Of a stretch of DNA of 48,228 nucleotides, positions 1-8,340 are shown one piece after another. Under the pieces are notes generated by a model. It was not told the DNA's origin. It did not search any database and saw only the letters and a program-made list of their open reading frames with translations. The position numbers were made by a program, and so were the translations under genes. The stretch's first letter is position 1; each line of letters begins with the position of its first letter. This stretch comes from Candidatus Levybacteria bacterium RIFCSPHIGHO2_01_FULL_36_15b (GTDB lineage Bacteria; Patescibacteriota; Microgenomatia; Levybacterales; UBA12049), in NCBI GenBank assembly GCA_001782045.1, contig MFNK01000002.1:1-48228 (forward strand), in the 5' to 3' direction.

Positions 1-59
1 GTACTTCCTACGTAATACCATCTCTTGATTTTACTTCTTAAAATGTAAACGTGCCACAT
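1..59 (-). CDS. GIY-YIG nuclease family protein, N-terminal fragment (runs off the left edge)
   Basis: Manual translation of the minus strand from ATG at 59-57 gives MWHVYILRSKIKRWYYVGST, matching the (Y/H)VYIL...YxG(S/T)T start of small GIY-YIG nucleases. Not in the ORF track because it is truncated. Confidence 0.75.
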   Translation of the reverse strand, partial: MWHVYILRSKIKRWYYVGS

Positions 60-63
60 TTTA

Positions 64-104
64 TCCTACCATTAGACCTGCCTGCGCAGGCAGGCGACTC
101 GGCA
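64..104 (-). tRNA. tRNA-like 5' fragment (acceptor strand plus D-arm, Gln-like), interrupted by an 18-bp palindrome
   Basis: Minus strand reads TGCCGAG TC G[CCTGCCTGCGCAGGCAGG]TCTAATGGTAGGA. Without the bracketed insert this is U1-start acceptor strand, U8, and D-arm GTC-TAATGGTAG-GA(T), typical of bacterial tRNA-Gln. No anticodon or 3' half is in the window. Confidence 0.5.
77..94. repeat. Perfect 18-bp GC-rich palindrome CCTGCCTGCGCAGGCAGG (REP-like)
   Basis: The sequence equals its own reverse complement. GC-rich in an AT-rich background. Confidence 0.9.
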
Positions 105-145
105 ATGGAATGATTGTATTTTACAGGATTTGAAGCCAAAAAGCA

Positions 146-946
146 TTAAATAGAAGCTCTTAATTCTTTTAAAAGAAGCTTACTGTCGCTACTAAGTGTA
201 TCTAGATTCTCCAGATAGCTTAACGCTGCATATTTGGGAAAGAAAAAAGATACCCATCTATTTAGTTTATTTTGTATTCTTTCATGTGTAAATATCCTCT
301 TTTTTAAATACTCTTTAATAATTCCGTATAAAGCAAGATGATAACCGCATTTGCAGTTATTTTCCAATCCCTTGACAGTTTTATTGAAGTCGCATATTGG
401 AATAGCAACATCAAAATTAGCAAATTTATTCTCGACAAAGCTATTATATTTATAAACTCCTTTGGTAATAAAATGGTAATAACAAGAGGCTGAATATTTT
501 ACTCCCAATTTGCTTTTTTGATTAAGCCTAGGAGCAATTATAGCCATAATTTCTTCAAATAAACGCTTTGATTTATTGCTTAATTTTATAGTATTTTGAT
601 GGGAAGAATAGCTTATCTTGGCCAAGGCAAGATGAATGTTGTCAGTATTTTCCGTCGCATTCATTTCACCAAGTTTGTCTTTAATTAGAGCATTAAATAG
701 GCTTCGTCTTTCTTTTTTTGATAGCTCAAGTATGTCACAGAATGTTTTAAGCTGTTTAAACGTAAAAAGCCTTGTCCCGTTTATTACTTTCGAAAGTACG
801 CTACTGTCTATCTCGGAGAAATGGAGCTTATCCCACATTTTTAAAGCCATCTGATTAAGAGAGGTATTATTTCTGAATACTACCCTATTTCCATCCCTGA
901 TGTAATATTTTGCAATTACATCTTTTAAATGCAAATAGTTGCCCAT
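146..946 (-). CDS. Putative transcriptional regulator with N-terminal XRE/Cro-like HTH
   Basis: 266-aa ORF. IDSSVLSKVINGTR..TFKQLKTFCDIL resembles an XRE helix-turn-helix. Divergent from the ABC operon. Confidence 0.5.
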   Translation of the reverse strand: MGNYLHLKDVIAKYYIRDGNRVVFRNNTSLNQMALKMWDKLHFSEIDSSVLSKVINGTRLFTFKQLKTFCDILELSKKERRSLFNALIKDKLGEMNATENTDNIHLALAKISYSSHQNTIKLSNKSKRLFEEIMAIIAPRLNQKSKLGVKYSASCYYHFITKGVYKYNSFVENKFANFDVAIPICDFNKTVKGLENNCKCGYHLALYGIIKEYLKKRIFTHERIQNKLNRWVSFFFPKYAALSYLENLDTLSSDSKLLLKELRASI

Positions 947-964
947 TTTGTTAAATTAGCGCTT

Positions 965-994
965 ATATTACATTTTATTGACATTTTTGTCAAT
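965..994 (-). promoter_or_regulatory. Sigma70-type promoter for the HTH gene, overlapped by the inverted repeat ATTGAC-N6-GTCAAT (977-994)
   Basis: Minus strand TTGACA (993-988), 17 nt, TAATAT (970-965). The inverted repeat ATTGACA-TTTT-TGTCAAT lies at 977-994. Confidence 0.6.
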
Positions 995-1030
995 GATTCA
1001 AGTGTCAACGTTTGGTAAGCTTACTCCAAT

Positions 1031-1789
1031 ATGCTTAAGATTCAAAGCTTAAGTAAATCTTACCAGAATAAAATCAAAAATAGAGTTTTCGAAAATTTCA
1101 ATCTGGAAATTGAGAATGGAGAATTTGTAGCTGTTTTCGGACCAAATGGATGTGGTAAGTCTACGCTTTTAAACTCGATTGCGGGATTAACGGATATTGA
1201 TAAGGGGGAAATTTTGTTTAATAACTCGACTATTGAAAATCTAAAGATCGGTTTTGTTTTCCAAGACTATAAAACATCTCTTTTCCCATGGCTATCCGCA
1301 GATGAAAATATCTCTTTTCCTCTAAAAGTTGGCGGATTTAACAAAAGAAAAAGAAATTTGATCGTGAGAAGGATGTTTAAAAAATACAAAGGCAATTTTG
1401 ATTTGAAATCATATCCCTATGAACTTAGCGGAGGTCAGCAGCAATTTGTGGCTGTGCTAAGAAGCATCGTTATTGAGCCTGATTTAATATTATTAGATGA
1501 ACCTTTTTCATCCCTTGATTACCAAACTACGCTTTTGTGGCTAGAAAGACTTAGTAAAATATGGCACGAATTAAAAATTACGACCTTGTTCGTTTCGCAT
1601 GAAATTGATGATGCCATATTCCTTGCCCAAAGAATTATCCTTTTAAGCAATAAGCCAACAAAAATAATTAAGATTTTTGAAGTTAATGAAAAATATCCAA
1701 GAAAATTATCTTTTATGGGATCTTCCAAATTTAATAGTTTAAAAAGAAACATCTTATCGCTTTATGAAAAGGAGATTAGAAAAAACTAA
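1031..1789 (+). CDS. ABC transporter ATP-binding protein, NitT/TauT/SsuB family
   Basis: Walker A GPNGCGKST, signature LSGGQQQ, Walker B LILLDEPF, H-loop VSHEI. Confidence 0.92.
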   Translation: MLKIQSLSKSYQNKIKNRVFENFNLEIENGEFVAVFGPNGCGKSTLLNSIAGLTDIDKGEILFNNSTIENLKIGFVFQDYKTSLFPWLSADENISFPLKVGGFNKRKRNLIVRRMFKKYKGNFDLKSYPYELSGGQQQFVAVLRSIVIEPDLILLDEPFSSLDYQTTLLWLERLSKIWHELKITTLFVSHEIDDAIFLAQRIILLSNKPTKIIKIFEVNEKYPRKLSFMGSSKFNSLKRNILSLYEKEIRKN

Positions 1790-1791
1790 TT

Positions 1792-2751
1792 ATGAAAAGA
1801 ATTTTTATAACAATTACAATTCTTGTATTCTCACTTTTGGTTCTGGTTGCTTTTAATAATTATAGCTCAAACAATAAACCGCAACCCAAAAGCAATTTAA
1901 CAAGAGTAAAAATTGCTTTTTCACCCTACGTTTCTCCTTTTTTTGTGGCAATAGACAAAGGAATTTTCGAAAAATACGGAATTAAGGCAGAATTGGTGTC
2001 CATACCTAGCTCCAACAATGCTATGTACGCGTTATCAAAGGGAGACATAGACGTGGTCTCTGCCCCTTATTCAGTATTTTTTGCATATGAAAATGCAGTA
2101 CCGGGAGAATTTAAAATTTTTTCCGGGGTAATAGAAACTCTAGATAAACCTTATAGCTTCTTAATCGTCAAAAAGGACATTAATTCTATTGGGGAGTTAA
2201 AAGGTAAAAAAATTCTGACACGTTCGGGGACAAACGGAAAAATGCAGGCAGAGTTGGTTTTAAAAGGGTTAGGAATAAACTTAGACGAAGTAGAAATTGT
2301 ACAGGTAAGCTCAACGCTAACTGCTCAAACTTTTGTAAAGCCAGACATTGCTGCAGCAATAGATAACGAGCCCTCATCAACCTCTATAGTTCAAAAGGCT
2401 GGTGGGAAAATATTAATAGAAGCCGTAAGACCAAAATATTTGACTAATCCATATGCTTCAACCGGAAATGCTTTTAGTACAAAATTTGCCAAGAATAAGG
2501 ACTTGGCAGACAGATTTACCAGAGCTAACGATGAAGCAATTGATTATTCAAGAAAAAATGATAAAGAGTTTAGGTCGATTAATCAAAAATATATAAAGCT
2601 TGATAAAGAAATTATATTTGCAATGCCAGAAAGTGTTTTTGAAAAATCAACTGAACTAAATAAAACTGCTATAAAAAATGAAATGCAATTAGAGTTAGAT
2701 AACGGTATTCTTGAAAAGGCGGTGGACTTATCTAATGTTTACTACAAATAA
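1792..2751 (+). CDS. ABC transporter substrate-binding protein, SsuA/THI5(NMT1)-like
   Basis: N-terminal membrane anchor, FFVAIDKGIFEKYGIKAELV motif, located between the ATPase and the permease. Confidence 0.85.
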   Translation: MKRIFITITILVFSLLVLVAFNNYSSNNKPQPKSNLTRVKIAFSPYVSPFFVAIDKGIFEKYGIKAELVSIPSSNNAMYALSKGDIDVVSAPYSVFFAYENAVPGEFKIFSGVIETLDKPYSFLIVKKDINSIGELKGKKILTRSGTNGKMQAELVLKGLGINLDEVEIVQVSSTLTAQTFVKPDIAAAIDNEPSSTSIVQKAGGKILIEAVRPKYLTNPYASTGNAFSTKFAKNKDLADRFTRANDEAIDYSRKNDKEFRSINQKYIKLDKEIIFAMPESVFEKSTELNKTAIKNEMQLELDNGILEKAVDLSNVYYK

Positions 2752-3490
2752 AGTTCCCCTTCAAATATTTGCACCAATTTTAATATTAATTTTGTGGATG
2801 ATTGCTGACGGACTAAAAATAGTTAACCCTGTATTTTTACCTTCTCTAAAAGACGTAGCTATAAATATTATTAATATCTTTCTATTAGACGGCTTCTATG
2901 CAGTAGGATTTACGCTCTACAGAACCTTCACGAGTTTGATTATTACCAGTCTTATTGCTATTCCTGTCGGGTTAATTCTAGGCCTAAATAAGAATTTATA
3001 TACTTCGACGGAATTATTGATTGATTTTTTTAGGTCTGTACCGGCAACTGCTTTTTTCCCTATTTTTCTGCTTTTCCTAGGAATCGGAGATATGGCAAAA
3101 ATAGGAATAAGTGTTTTTGTCTGCTTTTGGATACTTTTAATTAATACCTATTACGGAGTTAAAAATATCCCTGCTACGCGATTAAAAGTTGCAAAGGTTT
3201 ATAAAGCTGAAGGGTACAATTTGCTAAGATTTGTAATATTTTATGATTCATTGCCTCAAATTGTAATAGGTTTACGTTTAAGTCTTTCAATTTCTTTAAT
3301 TATTACAATTGTGGCCGAAATGTTTATAGGAACAAGATACGGTTTAGGAAAGATTATCTATGATAGTTATGCAATTTATGATACTGCACAATTGTTTGCT
3401 GCAATATTTATAACTGGGATTCTTGGTTATATCTTAAATAAATTATTTATAAGCACGGAGAAAAAGTTTATTCACTGGATTGGAAAGTAA
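2735..3490 (+). CDS. ABC transporter permease, SsuC/TauC family
   Basis: Multiple TM helices, RSVPATAFFP motif, EAA-like loop, AEMFIG motif. ATG 2735 overlaps the SBP stop region (ORF track starts at 2711). Confidence 0.9.
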   Translation: MFTTNKVPLQIFAPILILILWMIADGLKIVNPVFLPSLKDVAINIINIFLLDGFYAVGFTLYRTFTSLIITSLIAIPVGLILGLNKNLYTSTELLIDFFRSVPATAFFPIFLLFLGIGDMAKIGISVFVCFWILLINTYYGVKNIPATRLKVAKVYKAEGYNLLRFVIFYDSLPQIVIGLRLSLSISLIITIVAEMFIGTRYGLGKIIYDSYAIYDTAQLFAAIFITGILGYILNKLFISTEKKFIHWIGK

Positions 3491-3491
3491 T

Positions 3492-3509
3492 ATTGACAAA
3501 ATCGTCAAT
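3492..3509. promoter_or_regulatory. Inverted repeat ATTGAC-N6-GTCAAT overlapping a TTGACA -35 box of the methyltransferase gene
   Basis: ATTGAC AAAATC GTCAAT, with the same arms and spacing as 977-994. Confidence 0.5.
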
Positions 3510-3542
3510 GAATATTGTATAAGGATCAGTTAAACTTCAGAC

Positions 3543-4553
3543 ATGATTGAAAGATTAAATGAAGATTCGAATATTAACTTCTTGGGTAATTCTACTAGTG
3601 CAAGTGGAGTTGAAGTTATTATTCCTAAGATAGCAAGAATTCCAACTACACAGGAAAATCCATGGGAGGAGTCTCCTTTAAAAATTAAAGGCGCTGGAGC
3701 TGGTAGGTTAGAGTTTCATTTACCACATATAGCTGAAGCACTGCAAAAAGCTAGAAACAGATCTATAAAAAATGGTGAGATAACTGCGGGAGAGGATATA
3801 GCAAAAAATATTCAGGATTTGCTTAAACTGAAACCAGGTCAAGTGCTTGTTGATCTTGGAATGGGACCAGGAATTATAGCCAAACATATAAGTAAATACC
3901 TAGATGAAACTGGCTGGCTTTATTGCGTCGATGCTTCCCCGTCAATGCTGAAAGCTGCTCAAAAAGAACTACTTGGAAACAATGCAACTCTAATTCATGG
4001 AGATATTCATACGGTAGATAACCTAATTCACGAAAAAGCGGACGCCGCAATTTTATCCGGAAACGTACATCTTTTAACAAATAGGGAGTTAGCATTCAAA
4101 GCTATTTACAATATGCTAAAGCCTGATGGCAAATTGGTTGTAGTTACTCATGTTAACAGAAATGCCAAGAAGGAGACTACAAAATTTGCTTCTGAGATAG
4201 ACAAACTTGAGCAAACAAGACCAGATTTAAAAGTAGGTGGATTAAGGCTCCCGATGCTAACTGAAAAAGAATTAAAAGAAGAGGTCGTTCATAAGTTAGC
4301 AAAAGTAGGGTTTACGGTATTAGAAATAGATGCTGAAACTAACGCTCCGGACGTCAATGAGGTTTTAGGGCAAGGAAACATGCCATTACACGGTGTTGGA
4401 AAAAGATTAGCAATTATAGATGGAAGGGTGAATGAAACAAGAAGGGAAGAGATGGCAAAAGATATACTCACCTCGTTATACGAGGGGACTCAGATGCAAA
4501 CGTATTTATTATGTACAAAAAAACCCGCAAGCCTTCTTCCCAAACAAAAATAA
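3543..4553 (+). CDS. Class I SAM-dependent methyltransferase
   Basis: Motif I VLVDLGMGPG, motif II CVDASPSML, GDI motif, LKPDGKLVV. Confidence 0.85.
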   Translation: MIERLNEDSNINFLGNSTSASGVEVIIPKIARIPTTQENPWEESPLKIKGAGAGRLEFHLPHIAEALQKARNRSIKNGEITAGEDIAKNIQDLLKLKPGQVLVDLGMGPGIIAKHISKYLDETGWLYCVDASPSMLKAAQKELLGNNATLIHGDIHTVDNLIHEKADAAILSGNVHLLTNRELAFKAIYNMLKPDGKLVVVTHVNRNAKKETTKFASEIDKLEQTRPDLKVGGLRLPMLTEKELKEEVVHKLAKVGFTVLEIDAETNAPDVNEVLGQGNMPLHGVGKRLAIIDGRVNETRREEMAKDILTSLYEGTQMQTYLLCTKKPASLLPKQK

Positions 4554-4614
4554 ATCTTATATTAATTTCCCACTTGAAAAAAATTGAGAAAAAGACCATA
4601 TTCTTATTAAAGGC

Positions 4615-5112
4615 ATGAAATTAAAACTTGCCGCCTTTGGCTTTATTCTAACTTTTTTTCTAATTTTTGTGGGATTGGCTCCTAAAGCTTCTTTTGCAGA
4701 TGATTGCAGTAGCCAGCCTCCAAATGACGCCCCAAACTTATATTCTGTATCCATGAGCTCTTTTTCTGCTACCCTTTATTTTGTGCAGCCATCTACGGCT
4801 TTTGACGGATATACTATTTCATACGGGCTTACGCAAAGTGCAGACGCATATTCTGTAAAGTTTAACTTAGGCGTGTTAGATGGAGCTGTAAAATATACTG
4901 TTCATGACTTATTTCCCCAAACTAACTATTTTTTTAAGGTAAGAGCAAATAATGGATGCGCAGCAGGCCCTTGGTCAACTACCATTAGCACAAACGTAGC
5001 AAGCGCCTCTAGTCTTCCTGAAACAGGGCCAAACATTACAATTTTAGGAATTGGTATTGGCGGAATAGCACTCGTTCTTCTTGGTATTGGAGTTTTATTA
5101 TTTGCTCTTTAA
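4615..5112 (+). CDS. Secreted fibronectin type III domain protein with C-terminal LPETG plus TM segment (sortase-type sorting signal)
   Basis: Signal peptide, FN3 hallmarks (YTVHDLFPQTNYFFKVRANNGC..GPWS), LPETG followed by a hydrophobic tail. Confidence 0.75.
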   Translation: MKLKLAAFGFILTFFLIFVGLAPKASFADDCSSQPPNDAPNLYSVSMSSFSATLYFVQPSTAFDGYTISYGLTQSADAYSVKFNLGVLDGAVKYTVHDLFPQTNYFFKVRANNGCAAGPWSTTISTNVASASSLPETGPNITILGIGIGGIALVLLGIGVLLFAL

Positions 5113-6342
5113 ATTGGCTACAAAAAAATCCTTTCCATAGATTTGATTTAATTCCAAAATCCCAATTCCGCTCGTTTTTCCGCTTAAGAGGAAAAAAATT
5201 GTTTTAAATGGCACGTTTTCTTCTTTACTAAACTCTCTTATTGCAGAAAGCAGTTCTTCATCATCCCAGTTTTTAAGCTTCTTATCTAGAAAATTATTAA
5301 GTTTTTCTGCAATCTTTTCCTCTTCTTTTGTTTTTTTATTTTGTGGATCTTTTGATACTAAGTTTTTAAAATCAGCTAAAGTTCTCATTCTAGAAGTCGC
5401 TGCTTTTACCAATTCCTCTGATTTTTCACTTTTAATAATTTTGACTACTTCTTTATCATCAGAATAGAATTCGTTTAATCTTTCCTGTAATTCCTGTGTG
5501 GAGATACTACGAATCCAAACTCCGTTTAGCCACTCAAATTTAGTTTGATCAAAAATAGGATTGGCAGTATTTATATCTTTGATTTCAAATAAGCTTTCCA
5601 TCTCGGAAAGACTCATTTGCTCACGATCTCCTCCCGGATTCCAACCCAAAAGTGCCATATAATTTAATACTGCTTCTTTTAGATATCCCTCATTTTTATA
5701 GTCTAAAACAGACTTTGCCCCATGCCTTTTGGATAATTTTGTGTGGTCGCTTCCCAAAATTACAGGAAGATGAACAAATTCCGGATGTTCCCAGTTAAAG
5801 CTTTCATAAAGGTATAAATGTTTTGGGGTTGATGAAATCCACTCTTCTCCTCTAAATACGTGTGTTGTTCCCATTAAGTGATCATCAACTACGTTTGCCA
5901 GATGATAAGTTGGAAAACCATCTGACTTTAATATTACAAAATCCTCTTGAGTGCTGCCTTCGAATCTGATTTTTTTATTTCCTACTAAATCTGTCCATTC
6001 GAAGATCTTATCATCCGGCAAGCTTACCCATACAGCTCCGTCTTTTTCATAGGCAATTTTTTTCGAAACTAACTCATAAGCGTATTTTTTGTAAATCTCA
6101 AGACGCTCTGACTGATGAATTATCTCGCCCGAAGGCTGTATTTCAAGCCATTTAAGCATTTCAAAAATGGCGTTTTCTGCCTCTTTGACTAATCTTTTTT
6201 GGTCGGTATCTTCAATGCGAAGTAAAAATTCCCCTTTATTTTTTTTTGCGAACAGAAAATTGTAAAGTGCTGTTCGAATTCCGCCAATGTGCGCAATTCC
6301 CGTAGGACTAGGCGCAAATCTAACTTTAACTTTTGAGCTCAT
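5098..6342 (-). CDS. gltX: Glutamate--tRNA ligase (compact form)
   Basis: VRFAPSPTG, HIGG (HIGH), LRIEDTDQ, DGFPTYHLANVVDDH, KLSKR (KMSKS). Confidence 0.95.
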   Translation of the reverse strand: MSSKVKVRFAPSPTGIAHIGGIRTALYNFLFAKKNKGEFLLRIEDTDQKRLVKEAENAIFEMLKWLEIQPSGEIIHQSERLEIYKKYAYELVSKKIAYEKDGAVWVSLPDDKIFEWTDLVGNKKIRFEGSTQEDFVILKSDGFPTYHLANVVDDHLMGTTHVFRGEEWISSTPKHLYLYESFNWEHPEFVHLPVILGSDHTKLSKRHGAKSVLDYKNEGYLKEAVLNYMALLGWNPGGDREQMSLSEMESLFEIKDINTANPIFDQTKFEWLNGVWIRSISTQELQERLNEFYSDDKEVVKIIKSEKSEELVKAATSRMRTLADFKNLVSKDPQNKKTKEEEKIAEKLNNFLDKKLKNWDDEELLSAIREFSKEENVPFKTIFFLLSGKTSGIGILELNQIYGKDFFVANLKSK

Positions 6343-6383
6343 CTCTCTTGCATTGTAGCTTAAACTTTACATATACTCAATAT

Positions 6384-7433
6384 ATGCTCACCTTGACAGA
6401 CGCGAGTAAAGAAACCAAGCTAATATTAAAATGGGCGGGTATAATTCTTGCATCCTTGCTTGTGCTTGTCTTTGCATTTAGAACGCTTGTATTGATTAAG
6501 GACACTTTTTTTCCTACCCCTCCCCCAAAACCGACTGTTTTATTTGGAAAGATTTCACAACCTTCATTTCCCGCAAGTAGCGTTAATAAAGAACTTAAGT
6601 TTTCTATAGATACTTTAACCGGAGAGTTACCAAATCTTACGGACCAGATAAAAGTTTATAAAATTGAAACCCCTAAGGCTGACCTTTTAGCGCTAAAGAC
6701 CATAGGAGAAAACGTAGGCGCAGCTGGATTTGAGAACGGTCCTTTTAAGGTTTCTGATGAATTATATTTCTGGACAGACTCAAGTGGCAATTTCTTAAAA
6801 ACAATAAGAGTGAACATTCAAAACGGAAATTTTACAATGTTCTCCCCTTTTTATTTTAATGCCGGTATTTTATCCGCAAAAAATCTTCCAAAAGAAAAAG
6901 AAGCGGTAAATTATGCACAAAGATTTCTTTCCAATATGAATTACCTAAGCACAGATTTTGATTTATCTAAAACTAAAACCCAATTGATTTCAATACAAGA
7001 CGGACAGCTGGTAGGAGCAATAAGTAAGGCTTCTACCCATGCCTACAGAATCAATTTTTATCAAAAAAATGTTAATAATTATCCTATTTTTTATGAAAAA
7101 CCAAACGAGTCCAATATAAATGTTATTGTTGCGGGAGACTCATCAAGCTCTCATGTTGTAAGAGCAACTTATATATTGCAAAAACCCTCAAAGGAAAGCT
7201 CTACTTACCCAATAAAAACCGCAAAGGAAGCATATGAAGAACTAAAAGAAGGAAAGGCTTATATAGCATCTTTTTATGGAGAAAGTTCAAATATTAAAAT
7301 AAAAGACGTATTTCTTGCCTACTATATAGGAAGCAAAATTCAAGATTATTTATATCCAATTATAATATTAGAGGGAAACGATGGGTTTTTTGCTTATTTG
7401 CCTGCGGTTAGGGATGAATGGATAAATAAGTAA
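6384..7433 (+). CDS. Membrane-anchored extracytoplasmic hypothetical protein
   Basis: One N-terminal TM helix. Start moved to ATG 6384, which follows TTGCAT-18-TATACT by 6 nt. Confidence 0.7.
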   Translation: MLTLTDASKETKLILKWAGIILASLLVLVFAFRTLVLIKDTFFPTPPPKPTVLFGKISQPSFPASSVNKELKFSIDTLTGELPNLTDQIKVYKIETPKADLLALKTIGENVGAAGFENGPFKVSDELYFWTDSSGNFLKTIRVNIQNGNFTMFSPFYFNAGILSAKNLPKEKEAVNYAQRFLSNMNYLSTDFDLSKTKTQLISIQDGQLVGAISKASTHAYRINFYQKNVNNYPIFYEKPNESNINVIVAGDSSSSHVVRATYILQKPSKESSTYPIKTAKEAYEELKEGKAYIASFYGESSNIKIKDVFLAYYIGSKIQDYLYPIIILEGNDGFFAYLPAVRDEWINK

Positions 7434-8340
7434 GGTTTCCGCTGATAAGAGATAAGAGTTTTTGCGTATCAAAAAACCTATCATCGCTTCCCATAACAAC
7501 AATAATAATTGTATTTCCATCTTCTTTTTTAGAAGTAACTAAAACCTGACCCGCTTCTTCCGTATATCCTGTTTTTACGCCATTGACACCATCTGTACCT
7601 AATAATTTATTTAAATTTTCGAGCGTATAGACCGAACTTCCGGAAACATCGGTTATTGTTTTATATTGAGTTGAAACTATTTTTGCTAACTCAGGATAAT
7701 CTAGTGCAAATGAAGCTAGCCTTGCTAAATCAAAAGGGGTTGTATAGTTTTCTTTATCCAAAAGTCCTGCTGGATCACCAAAATGAGTGTTTTTTAGTAA
7801 AAAAAGACCTGCCTTTTCATTCATTTCTTCAACAAAACTATTTATTCCATCTGGATAATTTTGGGCTATAGTAAGTGCCGCGTCATTTGCGGAAGGAAGT
7901 AACAACGCATAGAGTAAATTTTCAAGAGTAAATTGTTCGCCGTTATAAACTCCTAAGATAGAGCCTTCTCTCGTCGCTTCCTTAACGGTAAGAATGTCAT
8001 TTGTTTTAAAATAATCAAGTGCTACAATGGCTGTCATTATTTTTGTAGTTGAAGCGGACGAAAATCTAAGCTTAGGATTTTTTGAATATAAAACAGATTT
8101 TGTTTTTGCATCCATTATTATCGCGCCGTTTGCGCTTATCTGCGGCAAATAGGATGATTTAAGAACCGGATATGCCAAATCTGATCTTGGTACTGACGGA
8201 GAGGAATTAATGGCATTATTAACTATCCAAAACCTAAGCATTACGCTTACAGAAAATAATACTAAAAATAGCGCAAACAGGGTAAACGCCAAGATTTTGT
8301 ATGGCTCATTAAGATTTTTTTTGGGTGGAAAGCCTTTCAT
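7408..8340 (-). CDS. dacA: D-alanyl-D-alanine carboxypeptidase (peptidase S11)
   Basis: SxxK (STTK), SxN (SANDAA), KTG (GVKTGYT) motifs and an N-terminal TM helix. Start uncertain (8340 or 8385). Confidence 0.9.
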   Translation of the reverse strand: MKGFPPKKNLNEPYKILAFTLFALFLVLFSVSVMLRFWIVNNAINSSPSVPRSDLAYPVLKSSYLPQISANGAIIMDAKTKSVLYSKNPKLRFSSASTTKIMTAIVALDYFKTNDILTVKEATREGSILGVYNGEQFTLENLLYALLLPSANDAALTIAQNYPDGINSFVEEMNEKAGLFLLKNTHFGDPAGLLDKENYTTPFDLARLASFALDYPELAKIVSTQYKTITDVSGSSVYTLENLNKLLGTDGVNGVKTGYTEEAGQVLVTSKKEDGNTIIIVVMGSDDRFFDTQKLLSLISGNLTYLSIHP

